From an uncultured Acidimicrobiia bacterium (GTDB lineage: Bacteria > Acidobacteriota > Terriglobia > Versatilivoradales > Versatilivoraceae): DNA of 64,000 nt. Each line of letters begins with the position of its first letter. The first letter of the stretch is position 1. Of this stretch, positions 22,456 through 32,368 are shown piece after piece. The stretch is taken from NCBI GenBank assembly GCA_963786955.1, contig CAWBAT010000007.1, positions 64,001-128,000 of the forward strand, written 5' to 3'. A program made the translations under genes and the position numbers. A model generated the notes under the pieces. It was not told where the DNA came from. It made no database searches and was given only the letters and a program-made list of their open reading frames with translations.

Positions 22456-23133
22456 TTGAATCTGAACTTTGTTAAGCCCTACCGGTTCCGGATCTTACTT
22501 GGGATTTTGCTGATTTATTTTGCCGTTGTGCCATTTTTTGAGAAAAGGCTATTCACGGATCTCATGGCGACGGCCCTTTTGATTTTTGCCTTATCGGCGA
22601 TCAGTGATTCGAGAAGGCAATTGATCGCCGGTAGCTTGGTGGCGCTCTTCGCCATCGCCGCGATTTGGATGGTACGGTGGCTCCCAGGCATACAATTGAC
22701 CATCGCGGAAAATGCGCTGGATATCCTGTTCTTGGTCTGCGTCATCTTCGCCATCCTTGCCAATGTGTTTCGATCTCGTGAGATCACAACGGAGAGTCTT
22801 GCCGGCGCCATTTGTGCCTACTTGCTGATCGGGCTCTTATGGGCAGATGTCTTTTCCGTCCTCGAAACCATCCAGCCAGGTTCGTTTTCGAGTGTTGCCG
22901 TCGCCTCGGATGCAGCAACTACCGTTCAATCGGTCCGTCTTCAAGTTGACCAATTCTCTTACTTCAGCTTTGTGACCCTGAGCACACTCGGATATGGGGA
23001 TATCACTCCGCTAACCCGGCCGGCCAGAAACTTGGCGGCTTTGGAAGCCATCTTCGGTCAACTGTATTTGGCGGTTTTGATTGCGCGGTTGGTCAGTCAA
23101 CAAGGAGTTGCGAATTTAAGGAGCAGAGGCTGA
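22456..23133 (+). CDS. Potassium channel family (Ion_trans_2) protein
   Basis: YFSFVTLSTLGYGDI selectivity filter; TTG start uncertain. Confidence 0.88.
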   Translation: MNLNFVKPYRFRILLGILLIYFAVVPFFEKRLFTDLMATALLIFALSAISDSRRQLIAGSLVALFAIAAIWMVRWLPGIQLTIAENALDILFLVCVIFAILANVFRSREITTESLAGAICAYLLIGLLWADVFSVLETIQPGSFSSVAVASDAATTVQSVRLQVDQFSYFSFVTLSTLGYGDITPLTRPARNLAALEAIFGQLYLAVLIARLVSQQGVANLRSRG

Positions 23134-23170
23134 AACCGTCTCTATGGATTGTCGGCAAGGTCTTTGCTTA

Positions 23171-23225
23171 GTACTGCGTTTCAGAAATTCGATGACGTGA
23201 ACGCCGGGTCCGTGACCCAGCCTAC
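23171..23225. repeat. Partial copy of the MITE/REP unit at 59889-60031
   Basis: gtactgcgtttcagaaattcgatgacgtgaacgccgggtccgtgacccagcctac aligns with the reverse complement of 59977-60031; also preceded by TTA. Confidence 0.75.
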
Positions 23226-23253
23226 CATTTTAGGTTTGGGGTTTTCTTGAAGC

Positions 23254-24354
23254 CTAAATCTGTACGCCACGGTCTTGTTCCAAGCCGGCGGGCAGCTTCG
23301 GGAAATAAGCGCAAAAAGGTTCCTCAGCCAGATAATTTCCCGTCATGGCGTAAGCCCGTGCACGCGAGCCACTGCAGATTGTACGGTATTCGCAGTAGCC
23401 ACATTTGCCTTCAAGTTTGTCCGGGTTTCGTAAATCTTGGAATAAGGGAGAGTTTCGATAAACGTCAAGGAGCGAATCCTTACGGACATTTCCAGCCGAA
23501 ACGGGTAGGAAGCCACTCGGAAAGATTTCACCCGTGTGAGAAACAAAAACAAAGCCCCTTCCTTCATTCACCCCGGCTGCTCGTCCAATGGGGCCGGCCT
23601 GAGCGAGTTTTCGAGGGCGCTCGTGCGAAGGCATCTTTTTGAGCCGCTGCAGTAGGACCCGGCGATAATGGGGAGCAGCAGTGGTTTTGATATCAAAAGG
23701 GGCTTTCAAATAGCGATCTGCCAGGAACTGAAACACGGCTTCGTAATCGACTGCCGTGACTTCATCTTCGACTTTCCCACGTCCCATGGGGACGAGAAAA
23801 AAGACGCTCCACAAACTGATTTGTTTCTGCTCCAACAAGTCTGCCAGGCGCTCGAGATCGGTGAGATTATGTCGGGAAACGGTCGTGTTGATCTGAACTT
23901 CGAGACCCACCTCACGCGCATATTCGATGCAGTTCATGGTCCACTGATAAGACCCCGGAACTTGACGGAAATGGTCGTGGACTTCGGCGGAGGAGCCGTC
24001 AAGACTCACAGCCAGGCGCGCAAGGCCGGCACCCTTAAGCTGCTCGACGACACTCCGGGTCATCAAGGGAGTTCCGCTAGGGGTCATCGCCACTCGCAGC
24101 TTCTTGCTGACGGCATAAGGAATGATCTCGAATAGATCCTGACGTTTCATGGGGTCCCCGCCAGTCAGGACAAAGAGGGGATTTCCGCAGGCACACACCT
24201 GATCGATCAGCCGAAGACTTTCTTCAGTATTCAGTTCAAGAGGATGACGCCAATTGATGGCTTCTGCCCGGCAATGCAGACAAGCCAAGTCACAGGCCCG
24301 AGTGGTTTCCCAAATCGCGATGAACGGGTTTTGGTCGAAATCTGGTCGCATCAC
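23254..24354 (-). CDS. Radical SAM/SPASM protein, TIGR04053-like (AhbD/NirJ-related)
   Basis: WETTRACDLACLHCRA, GEIFPSGFL, SPASM KCGYCEYRTICSGSRARA; start GTG 24354 or ATG 24351. Confidence 0.88.
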   Translation of the reverse strand: MMRPDFDQNPFIAIWETTRACDLACLHCRAEAINWRHPLELNTEESLRLIDQVCACGNPLFVLTGGDPMKRQDLFEIIPYAVSKKLRVAMTPSGTPLMTRSVVEQLKGAGLARLAVSLDGSSAEVHDHFRQVPGSYQWTMNCIEYAREVGLEVQINTTVSRHNLTDLERLADLLEQKQISLWSVFFLVPMGRGKVEDEVTAVDYEAVFQFLADRYLKAPFDIKTTAAPHYRRVLLQRLKKMPSHERPRKLAQAGPIGRAAGVNEGRGFVFVSHTGEIFPSGFLPVSAGNVRKDSLLDVYRNSPLFQDLRNPDKLEGKCGYCEYRTICSGSRARAYAMTGNYLAEEPFCAYFPKLPAGLEQDRGVQI

Positions 24355-24388
24355 GTTAATCAATGTATTGGGAAATTCAACAGGTGGC

Positions 24389-24404
24389 TATGACAAAAGT
24401 CACA
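24389..24404 (-). promoter_or_regulatory. Crp/HcpR-type box upstream of the radical SAM gene
   Basis: TGTGACTTTTGTCATA on the minus strand, 21 nt before -10-like TACATT (24367-24362). Confidence 0.7.
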
Positions 24405-25112
24405 CTACTCCACCTCGGCTTCAGCTTTCAGCCGGTCCATGTCGAGTACGGTGACCGTCCGACTCTTGACCGTTAACAGACCCTGCTCCTGGAAGCGGCT
24501 GAAGGATCGGGAAACCAGTTCTCTCACCGTTCCGATCCGGGAGGCGATGTCCTGATGGCTCATATCCACCTGGACTTCGATTCCGTTGGCTGCGGACTTT
24601 CCTTCCAGAGTGATCCTTTCAACGAGAAATCTCGCCAGCCTCTGCCCGACTTCCAGGAAGGCCAGGATCTCCACCAGGCCAACGAGTTTTCGGAACCGCC
24701 CCGCAAGCGATCGAATGATCCGGAAAGCGATGTCGGGATGATGGCGACAAAGGCGATGAAACTCGGCCTTGGGAATCATGAAGAGAACCGTGTCTTCAAC
24801 GGCTGCTGCGGAAGCAGGGTAGGGCCCTTCGTCCAGCACCGCCAGTTCAGCCACCGGACGCCCCGGCGCCTCGATCCCCAGAATTTGCTCACGGCCGGCA
24901 GGGGACATCTTGAAGATCTTTACGGCACCGGAGTGAACGATAAACAAACCTGGGCAAGGGCCGCCTTCCAAGAAAATCAGCTCCCCTTTGTTGAAAGGGA
25001 GCGTCAGGGAACTTTCTGCCAGGGCTTGGAGAGCCTCTTCCTCAAGATCAGAAAAAAAGGGGACTTTTTTGAGGCTGGCAACACGGGTGGGTTTATCAAT
25101 GTGATTATGCAT
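24405..25112 (-). CDS. Crp/Fnr-family regulator (DNR/HcpR-like, no FNR N-terminal Cys cluster)
   Basis: cNMP-binding fold GAVKIFK..GREQIL; HTH SHQDIASRIGTVRELVSRSF. Confidence 0.93.
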   Translation of the reverse strand: MHNHIDKPTRVASLKKVPFFSDLEEEALQALAESSLTLPFNKGELIFLEGGPCPGLFIVHSGAVKIFKMSPAGREQILGIEAPGRPVAELAVLDEGPYPASAAAVEDTVLFMIPKAEFHRLCRHHPDIAFRIIRSLAGRFRKLVGLVEILAFLEVGQRLARFLVERITLEGKSAANGIEVQVDMSHQDIASRIGTVRELVSRSFSRFQEQGLLTVKSRTVTVLDMDRLKAEAEVE

Positions 25113-25169
25113 AAGCTGGATTCTAACCCAACCCTAATCGTTCGTGACAACTGATATCTTTCTTGCCCT

Positions 25170-25185
25170 TGTGACTAAAGTCATA
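25170..25185 (+). promoter_or_regulatory. Crp/HcpR-type box upstream of ric
   Basis: TGTGACTAAAGTCATA, 21 nt before -10-like TAATCT (25207-25212). Confidence 0.72.
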
Positions 25186-25237
25186 GCGACCCAGTCCACC
25201 TACCATTAATCTTCAATTGAATAAAGGAGGTTCGATC

Positions 25238-25969
25238 ATGGCCATAAGCGCGACCAGGAAAGTTGGCGAACTCGCCATCGAGATCCCTCGAGCGATTCCA
25301 CTTTTTGAAGGCTTGGGAATTGACTATTGCTGCGGTGGAAATCGGTCTCTGGAAGAGGCCTGCTTGTCAGCCGGTGTGAAGACGGAGCAGGTCATCAATA
25401 CCCTGGAGGATGCTATTGCTGCAACCGCCCTCGGGAAATCTCCCCAAGACTGGAATGTGGAACCCCTATCAGCACTCACATCTCATATTGTGAATCGACA
25501 TCACAGCTATGTCCGAACAGAGCTTGCCCGCCTCGGGCCGCTACTTGAGAAAGTTTGTTCTGCTCACGGCCAGAATCATTCTGAGTTATTTACAGTTCAG
25601 GGGTTCTTTAATGGTCTCAGCCAGGAAATGGTCATGCATATGTATAAGGAAGAAAATATTCTCTTCCCTTATATTGAACAAATGGAGGCTGCCGTTAACG
25701 GCCGGAGGCCCCAGCCTTACCCTCCCTTTGGAACAGTTCGAAATCCTATCCAGATGATGGAAACGGAGCATGAAAGTGCTGCCGTGGCACTCCGGGGCAT
25801 GAGAAAAGCCAGTGACAATTTTTCAGTGCCAGCGGATGGATGCACCAGCTTCCGGGCCTTGTATCAAGGGCTGATCGATTTTGAAAAGGATCTGCACCTG
25901 CATATTCACCTCGAAAACAATATCCTTTTTCCGCGCGCCAGTGTGATGGAAGCCGGAGTATCAAACTAG
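25238..25969 (+). CDS. ric: Iron-sulfur cluster repair di-iron protein (Ric/YtfE/ScdA)
   Basis: IDYCCGG, HHSYVR, HMYKEENILFP, EHE, HIHLENNILFP; RBS AAGGAGG. Confidence 0.95.
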   Translation: MAISATRKVGELAIEIPRAIPLFEGLGIDYCCGGNRSLEEACLSAGVKTEQVINTLEDAIAATALGKSPQDWNVEPLSALTSHIVNRHHSYVRTELARLGPLLEKVCSAHGQNHSELFTVQGFFNGLSQEMVMHMYKEENILFPYIEQMEAAVNGRRPQPYPPFGTVRNPIQMMETEHESAAVALRGMRKASDNFSVPADGCTSFRALYQGLIDFEKDLHLHIHLENNILFPRASVMEAGVSN

Positions 25970-25985
25970 GGGGATAATCCGTTCC

Positions 25986-27773
25986 ATGAGTCTCCAAGCG
26001 AATCTTTCTATACGTGAACTGCTGGCCAAGCATCCTCAAACCCGTTCGGTCTTTGATCGTTACGGATTGAAAGGGTGTGGCGGGGCAGAAGGGCCGGCTG
26101 AATCCTTGGGGTTCTTCGCGCGTGCCCATGGCATTGAGCTTGATGTTCTGTTAATGGAACTCGTACAAGCAATGGAGAATCCCGAATCTATCCCGCCCGA
26201 TGAAAATGCCGACCCGGCCGATTCGATTTATCGGCGCTTTTTTAAGGCAGGGATCATCATGACCCTCACAGCTGGGGCGGCATGGGGAGCCTTGTTGTTG
26301 ATTAAGATTGGGTTTAAGTCCAGCTTCACGGCCATCTCGATCTTTGACGTCAACGCACATGGCCACGCGCAAATCTTTGGATGGGTTGGTTTGTTTGTGA
26401 TGGGGTTTGCCTACCAGGCCTTTCCACGGTTCAGACATACGGCGTTGTGGAATCCACCTCTCGCCGTATTCAGTTTTTACCTCATGATCTTCGGGTTGGT
26501 GGTGCGGGTTTTTTCGGAGCCTCTCCACCAGACCACGCTATTCTTCTGGCTGGGCTTGTTGGGAGGGGCACTGGAGATAGCGGCAATTCTCCTCTTCGCG
26601 GTCATTATTCTCAGGACGGTTCAACAAAGCCAAAAGCCCCTCGTGTCTTACGATTATTATATCGGGGCCGCCCTATTCTGGTATGTGGCTCAAGCCGCCT
26701 TGGACCTATTTCATCTCTACCAAACCACCTTGGCGCCCAATCGGGAAGCTTTGTTGAGCCAGGTTGCTACGTGGCAAGCGCCTTTGCGAGATATTCAAAT
26801 CCATGGATTTGCCATGACCATGATTTTGGGTGTTAGCCAAAGATTTTTGCCTGGGATGTTAGGATTCCCGGAAATACCCAAACGTCGTTCGCTCGCTAGC
26901 TTGGCTGCGATTTCCCTTGGAGTAGCTGGAGAAACTGTCTTTTTCATCATCTTTCGGAAAACGGGGCAGCATCTCTATGCGGGAGTGATGTATGGGTTCA
27001 TGTTGTTAATGGTGGCAGGGGTGGTTGGACTGACTTCCGCCTGGTGGACATCTCTCTGGGGAAAGCTTGACTCGATTCCTGCGGAGATCCGAGAAGACCG
27101 CCGAGATCGCAGTTTCAAATTCATTCGAACCGCTTATGGCTGGCTCTATGTTTCCCTTGCCTTGCTGCTTTTTGTCCCCTTCTACAATATTCTTACCCGT
27201 CAGGTGTTTTCACATGCTTACTACGGAGCAACGCGGCATGCGATCACCGTAGGATTCATCAGTCTGATGATCATGGGGGTCACTGCCAAGGTCGTCCCCG
27301 TATTGAATGGGGTTGATTCCAAAAATCTTTCCAAACTCTGGCTCCCGTTTATTTTGGTCAATACCGGATGTAGTTTGCGAGTAGGCGTTCAGATTTTGAC
27401 CGACCACGTTTCAGGAGCCTTCGCCGTGATTGGTCTCAGTGGCGTCCTGGAAGTTGCGGGAATTGCCATTTGGGCTGGCGGAATATGGAGAGTTATGCGA
27501 TCCAGTATCGAGGCCTTCGAGCTGCGTCAGGAAAACTTGCTGAAGTCAGGATCTGTGACGCCACTCGATAAGGTGGGGGATGTCGTCATCGCGGCCCCGG
27601 AGCTTATAGAGGTCTTCGTTCGCTTTGGCTTCAAGGCAATCCGGAATCCAGTGCTTCGACGAACCATCGCTCGCCAAACCTCCATCCGGCAGGCTTGCAA
27701 ACTGCAAGGAATCAACGAAGCGGAGTTGCTCCAGGCCCTCAATTCAACTTTAAAGCCTAATCCAGCTTCATAG
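25986..27773 (+). CDS. NnrS-like multi-pass membrane protein with N- and C-terminal ScdA_N/DUF1858-like domains
   Basis: About 12 TM helices; HGHAQIFGW, AYQAFPRF, RHAITVGF; soluble terminal domains resemble DUF1858. Confidence 0.75.
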   Translation: MSLQANLSIRELLAKHPQTRSVFDRYGLKGCGGAEGPAESLGFFARAHGIELDVLLMELVQAMENPESIPPDENADPADSIYRRFFKAGIIMTLTAGAAWGALLLIKIGFKSSFTAISIFDVNAHGHAQIFGWVGLFVMGFAYQAFPRFRHTALWNPPLAVFSFYLMIFGLVVRVFSEPLHQTTLFFWLGLLGGALEIAAILLFAVIILRTVQQSQKPLVSYDYYIGAALFWYVAQAALDLFHLYQTTLAPNREALLSQVATWQAPLRDIQIHGFAMTMILGVSQRFLPGMLGFPEIPKRRSLASLAAISLGVAGETVFFIIFRKTGQHLYAGVMYGFMLLMVAGVVGLTSAWWTSLWGKLDSIPAEIREDRRDRSFKFIRTAYGWLYVSLALLLFVPFYNILTRQVFSHAYYGATRHAITVGFISLMIMGVTAKVVPVLNGVDSKNLSKLWLPFILVNTGCSLRVGVQILTDHVSGAFAVIGLSGVLEVAGIAIWAGGIWRVMRSSIEAFELRQENLLKSGSVTPLDKVGDVVIAAPELIEVFVRFGFKAIRNPVLRRTIARQTSIRQACKLQGINEAELLQALNSTLKPNPAS

Positions 27774-28208
27774 TACTCGGCCCAGGATCTGGTTGTTTGC
27801 CGACATGGCGAAACTCATTGTTATTAAGCCTCCCGATTCTATTTGTTTTCGCTTGCCGTTTTCTGTGCTCCGTAGAACATCCCTGTAAACCGGTTGCTCC
27901 TATGACGGAGTCAGGATTCCTGTTGAATCTTTGGTTCTAGAAACAGGCTGCTGCGATGCGGCTTTGCCAGAGTGTAGCGCGGACCCGGAGTCCCCCTTCG
28001 AAGGGGGGTGCCGCTTTGCGGCAGGGGATGTAAAGGGTCCGCGGCTTGTCCTCTCATTTTAGGAAAAGCCGCAGAGTCAGAGTGCGACTCTACGCTACCT
28101 CCCGCCCATTCAATTCCCTTATGCCTCCGTCAGGAGCCTCCTGTTGGAGTCTCCAAGCACCCGGCATTCCAGCGCCAGGAAAATTGATTGCGTAAAAACC
28201 AGAAACCT

Positions 28209-28271
28209 TTTGACTTTGGACCTTGAACGTTAGACTTTAGGCCTTAAGTCTTAGACCTTTAATTTTTGACC
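28209..28271 (+). repeat. Degenerate heptamer tandem repeat (9 x TTDRRYB-like)
   Basis: tttgact ttggacc ttgaacg ttagact ttaggcc ttaagtc ttagacc tttaatt tttgacc. Confidence 0.7.
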
Positions 28272-28325
28272 TCAGAATTATTCGGTTTTCGCTCTCAAAT
28301 CTTCTTTAATCATGAGGAATTTGCT

Positions 28326-30920
28326 ATGGCAACGCCGATATCGAGAAGGGAATTTCTAGCCGCATCCGCCTCAAGTGTCATCGCGTCTGCTTCGGCTGTC
28401 CATGCGAATAGCTGGGCGGCGACTCCGGGAGAGCCTTCACAGGAAAAAGTAGTGGACCCGGGCGGGATATTTTGGATCTTAACGGTTCCCAATCCTAGTT
28501 TCCATGAGCAGTTAGCCGCGAAAGAACTTGAGCGCGGAATCCGGAAGCTCCGCTTTTCTCAACAACAACGAAGAGGATTTGTGTCAGGACCCGTTACGGA
28601 TAAGAAAGATTTCCTTTTCGAGATCCGCACTGAACCGGGAAGATTCAAGCATCCGGAGGCCTTTGAGGTGGCTTTGCACAACGCTGGCCAGAATCAACCC
28701 AGTACACTGGTGAAATTGACAGGTGCTACACCGCTGGCGGCGCTCTATGCAGTCTTTGATTTCCTCGAACGGCAGGGAGCTTTCTTTGGCCTTGATGGAG
28801 AAGTCTACCCTTTGGAACCCAGGCTCAGTTTGAACCTTCCGCCTAGCGGTCAACCTTGGCTAGGAATGCCTCGCTTTAGCTCTCGAGGTCTCGTTCCTTG
28901 GCCGGACTTTTTGAACTGTATTTCGGTGTTCAATGCAGAAGATCATCGCGCTTATCTCGAGGCGATGCTCCGAATGCGCTTCAACACCTTGGGCATCCAC
29001 GTCTATGGTCAATCAAATTACTGGGTGGAATCATTCTTGTCATTTGAGTATGGTCCCACCGGCCATATCGCCTTCACCGATACCACGGCGACGAATCGAT
29101 GGGGATACGTGCCCCAGAGGACGTCGCGTTTTGGGATGGGTGCCAGTCAATTTTATGACGGTGAAGTATTTGGCTCAGATGCCACTCGGCTCGCACGCGA
29201 TACTTGGGAGGCAGAAGAATTGGCCCAACAATTGTGGAGAGATGCCTTCCAATATGCGGGGAAGCTCGGTATCCGCACTGGGGTGGGATTTGAGCCTTAT
29301 CAGATCCCTGGCGAAATACTGCAATCCGCACCTCCGGAGGCTCGCCTCGATCCAGAATCCGAGACTCATGCCCGTCCGCGACTGGATCCGGAATCGGTTG
29401 CAGCGCGCGATATCCTGGAAATTCGGCTTGGTCGTTTGCTGGAGACCTATCCCTCCGTCGATTACGTTTGGCTGTTTGAAGATGAAGGGATGAGCTGGCG
29501 GAGCCACAAGAACAAGACTCCCCTTTCCGTGACTCCTTTTAAAACGGCGCACGATTTCTTGCGGCGGCATGCACCCAAGAAACGGATGGTTATTTCTGGC
29601 TGGGGAGGAGTCGCTCGTCATTTCGAAGACTTTAATCGAAGACTTCCAGAAGACATCATTTTCACAGGTCTCAGCGATATGCTTGGTTGGGATCCGGTGA
29701 ATGAAGCTTATGGAAAATTGGGAGGGCGGGAGCGATGGCCCATTCTTTGGGTTGAGGATGACCCCTCGATGTGGTTCCCACAATTTCATGTCAACCGGTT
29801 TCAAAGGGATATGAAACTAGCCGAGGAGTATGGATGCCAGGGAGTGCTTGGAATTCATTGGAGGCATAAGATTACCGACCCGACGGCAGGCTATCAATCA
29901 GAGGCTTCGTGGGATAAGTCCCTTTCACCCGCCACTTTTTATGCGCGGTATGGAAAGGCACTAGCCAGAAGTCCGCGCGGGGAAAAGCTCGGCCAGATTC
30001 TTGAGTCGACCGACCGGGAGCGAAAGATCCTCTCTACATTTTCCGGGGAGTACCAGAATGGCCACGCTGTCACGAATGAATTTGCCGGCGATTACGAAGA
30101 AGGGTTTGTATTCTGGAAAGGATCTGAAATCCCTCCTTCTCTCATGCAGACACAGAAAGAGGTCGCCAATGCCTTACTTGAATTGACTCTTCAATCGTCC
30201 AGCCCCGAAGAGCGAGAACGAATGGAATATATTTCGAAACACGTTGAGATGCTGGTCCCTTATGCGACAGCTTGGGTTGCCTCCGCCCAGCTCAACAAGC
30301 TCTTGATGAAGGCAGTAGAACTAAAAAAAGCCGACAAAGCGGATGAAGCCCGAAACTTGATCAAGACCGAAGGTGTGGAACTCTGGTATCCGTTGGGGAG
30401 TGCTGCGCGTGAGGTGCTCTTGAATTTTCAACATATCGTCAGTACACGCAATGATCTGGGAAGCCTGGCCTCAATGCATAATAAATTGGAACGACTGACA
30501 CTGTTTCGTCTTCCCGCATCGATGAAAGAGTTCCTGGGTGAATTGCCGGAGCAGCTCCGGAAGGCGCAAACCGACCTTGCCAAACCCGATCCAAATGCGT
30601 CCACACGTATTTTTCTTCCTACCCGACCCACCATTCTACTGAAAGGCGAGACAGTTCGACTATCTGCGGTAGCCCCAGGCGCTGATGCGGTTACGGGCAT
30701 CGTGTTGTTTACAAGAGCCTGGGGAGAGACAAGGTGGTTTCAGAAGAAAATGCAGCTTGCCGGTCGAAGAACTTATACAGCCCAGCTCGGACCCTTTGAT
30801 CCGAAAGCAGGATTGGTGGATTATTACGTTGAGGCGGAGATATCCAGAGAATCCAAGGCGGCATCTCTGACGGCTCCATCTGAGGCTCCGAAAGATACGT
30901 ACACGCTGACGCTTGTGTAG
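28326..30920 (+). CDS. Tat-exported glycoside-hydrolase-like protein (GH20/GH67-type N-domain plus probable TIM barrel), family unassigned
   Basis: SRREFL Tat motif; LTGATPLAALYAVFDFLE; RGLVPWPDF; MLRMRFNTLGIH. Confidence 0.65.
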   Translation: MATPISRREFLAASASSVIASASAVHANSWAATPGEPSQEKVVDPGGIFWILTVPNPSFHEQLAAKELERGIRKLRFSQQQRRGFVSGPVTDKKDFLFEIRTEPGRFKHPEAFEVALHNAGQNQPSTLVKLTGATPLAALYAVFDFLERQGAFFGLDGEVYPLEPRLSLNLPPSGQPWLGMPRFSSRGLVPWPDFLNCISVFNAEDHRAYLEAMLRMRFNTLGIHVYGQSNYWVESFLSFEYGPTGHIAFTDTTATNRWGYVPQRTSRFGMGASQFYDGEVFGSDATRLARDTWEAEELAQQLWRDAFQYAGKLGIRTGVGFEPYQIPGEILQSAPPEARLDPESETHARPRLDPESVAARDILEIRLGRLLETYPSVDYVWLFEDEGMSWRSHKNKTPLSVTPFKTAHDFLRRHAPKKRMVISGWGGVARHFEDFNRRLPEDIIFTGLSDMLGWDPVNEAYGKLGGRERWPILWVEDDPSMWFPQFHVNRFQRDMKLAEEYGCQGVLGIHWRHKITDPTAGYQSEASWDKSLSPATFYARYGKALARSPRGEKLGQILESTDRERKILSTFSGEYQNGHAVTNEFAGDYEEGFVFWKGSEIPPSLMQTQKEVANALLELTLQSSSPEERERMEYISKHVEMLVPYATAWVASAQLNKLLMKAVELKKADKADEARNLIKTEGVELWYPLGSAAREVLLNFQHIVSTRNDLGSLASMHNKLERLTLFRLPASMKEFLGELPEQLRKAQTDLAKPDPNASTRIFLPTRPTILLKGETVRLSAVAPGADAVTGIVLFTRAWGETRWFQKKMQLAGRRTYTAQLGPFDPKAGLVDYYVEAEISRESKAASLTAPSEAPKDTYTLTLV

Positions 30921-31024
30921 GGACTAAGGGCAAAGCATTCGTCAACAGCAATGAGACTTGTCTGGATATACTGCTGCGAATGCTTTGCCCCTACAATGCA
31001 TTGGCACTCGACAATCGGCAATCC

Positions 31025-32263
31025 CTACCCCCACCACTCCTCGCCCGGGAAGAGATGTTCGCGGACATAGTCCCAATTGACTTCGACGCCAATTCCCGGC
31101 TTGTCTGGAATTTGGATGTATCCATCCTTGATGATCGGGCCATCCATGATGATGTATTTCTCCCATTCGTCTGCTTTGGTTCCCACGCTATGCTCATGAG
31201 CCTTGAAATTCGGCATCGCGGCGCAACACTGAGCCGATGCCATGAAGGCAAGAGGGCCTGAAGCAATATGAGCACAAACGGGCATGTAAAAGGCATCCGC
31301 CATGGCGGCAATCTTTTTTGATTCCATCAGGCCGCCCGCCTTGGGAATGTCGATCTGAACGATATGGCATCCCTGATGTATGATGAAAGGCATGTATCCT
31401 TGCAATCGATAGAGGTTTTCTCCTGTCAGAATAGGTACGGGTGACTGCTCGGTCAGTTTTACCCAGGTTTCCGCAAACTCGGGGGGCATGGGGTCTTCGA
31501 GCCAGACAGGGCGAATGAAAGCAATCGCACGAGCGAGGCTTAATGCGGAGATCCAATCCAGTTCCCAATGGCAATGAACGGCTATGTCGATGCCGTCGCC
31601 CAACGCTTCCCGCAAATTTCCGTAGCCCTTCACATTTCGGGCAATTTCGAGATTACTCAATTGTCGATTTTGAGGTTCATGCGGGTCCCGGTCTCGCAGA
31701 ATATCCGTTTTGACAATCTTGAATCCATGACGGCCATTCTTGACCCGCTCGGCAAATTCACGGCAGGAGTCCATATCTAGGAGATTGCTCGGGGAACTGG
31801 TCGAATAGACCTTGACCTTGTTGCGGTACTGACCACCCAGTAATTTACACACGGGAACCCCTAAGATCTTTCCCGCCAAGTCCCAAAGAGCAATCTCGAT
31901 CCCGCTGATGGCCGTAATCGTGACGCCCCCGATAGCGCCGGAGCCTCCCGTGTAAACTACCATCTTGGTATACAAGCGGTCGATATCAAGCGGGTCCTCC
32001 CCGATAATCATGGGCTTGAGATAACCGAGCATGACTTCTTTGATTCCCCGGCCCCAGTATGATTCCCCATAACCGGTAATTCCGGCGTCGGTTTCAATTT
32101 TTACAAACGGGCACTCACTGGTCGCCCCCTTAACAATCATCACCTTCATGTCGGTAATCTTCACTTTATTGCGCAGTGGCGCCGCCAATAGGGAATAGGT
32201 TTCAAGAAACGAAGGGATTGCAAGCGACGACGCGAGTGTTTTTAAAAAGTGGCGCCTGTTCAT
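31025..32263 (-). CDS. Tat-exported mandelate racemase/muconate lactonizing enzyme family protein (probable sugar-acid dehydratase)
   Basis: MNRRHFLK; ISGIEIALWDLAGK; WLEDP, TGEN; PGIGVE. Confidence 0.9.
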   Translation of the reverse strand: MNRRHFLKTLASSLAIPSFLETYSLLAAPLRNKVKITDMKVMIVKGATSECPFVKIETDAGITGYGESYWGRGIKEVMLGYLKPMIIGEDPLDIDRLYTKMVVYTGGSGAIGGVTITAISGIEIALWDLAGKILGVPVCKLLGGQYRNKVKVYSTSSPSNLLDMDSCREFAERVKNGRHGFKIVKTDILRDRDPHEPQNRQLSNLEIARNVKGYGNLREALGDGIDIAVHCHWELDWISALSLARAIAFIRPVWLEDPMPPEFAETWVKLTEQSPVPILTGENLYRLQGYMPFIIHQGCHIVQIDIPKAGGLMESKKIAAMADAFYMPVCAHIASGPLAFMASAQCCAAMPNFKAHEHSVGTKADEWEKYIIMDGPIIKDGYIQIPDKPGIGVEVNWDYVREHLFPGEEWWG

Positions 32264-32368
32264 TGGGATAGCTCCTTTGCGTAGAAGAAACGCGAGTTGA
32301 ATACTTCCTGGGGCGCGGGCGTCCCGCCCGCCCAGTGGCAGCCAGGATGGCCGGGTTCCCAGACGGAC

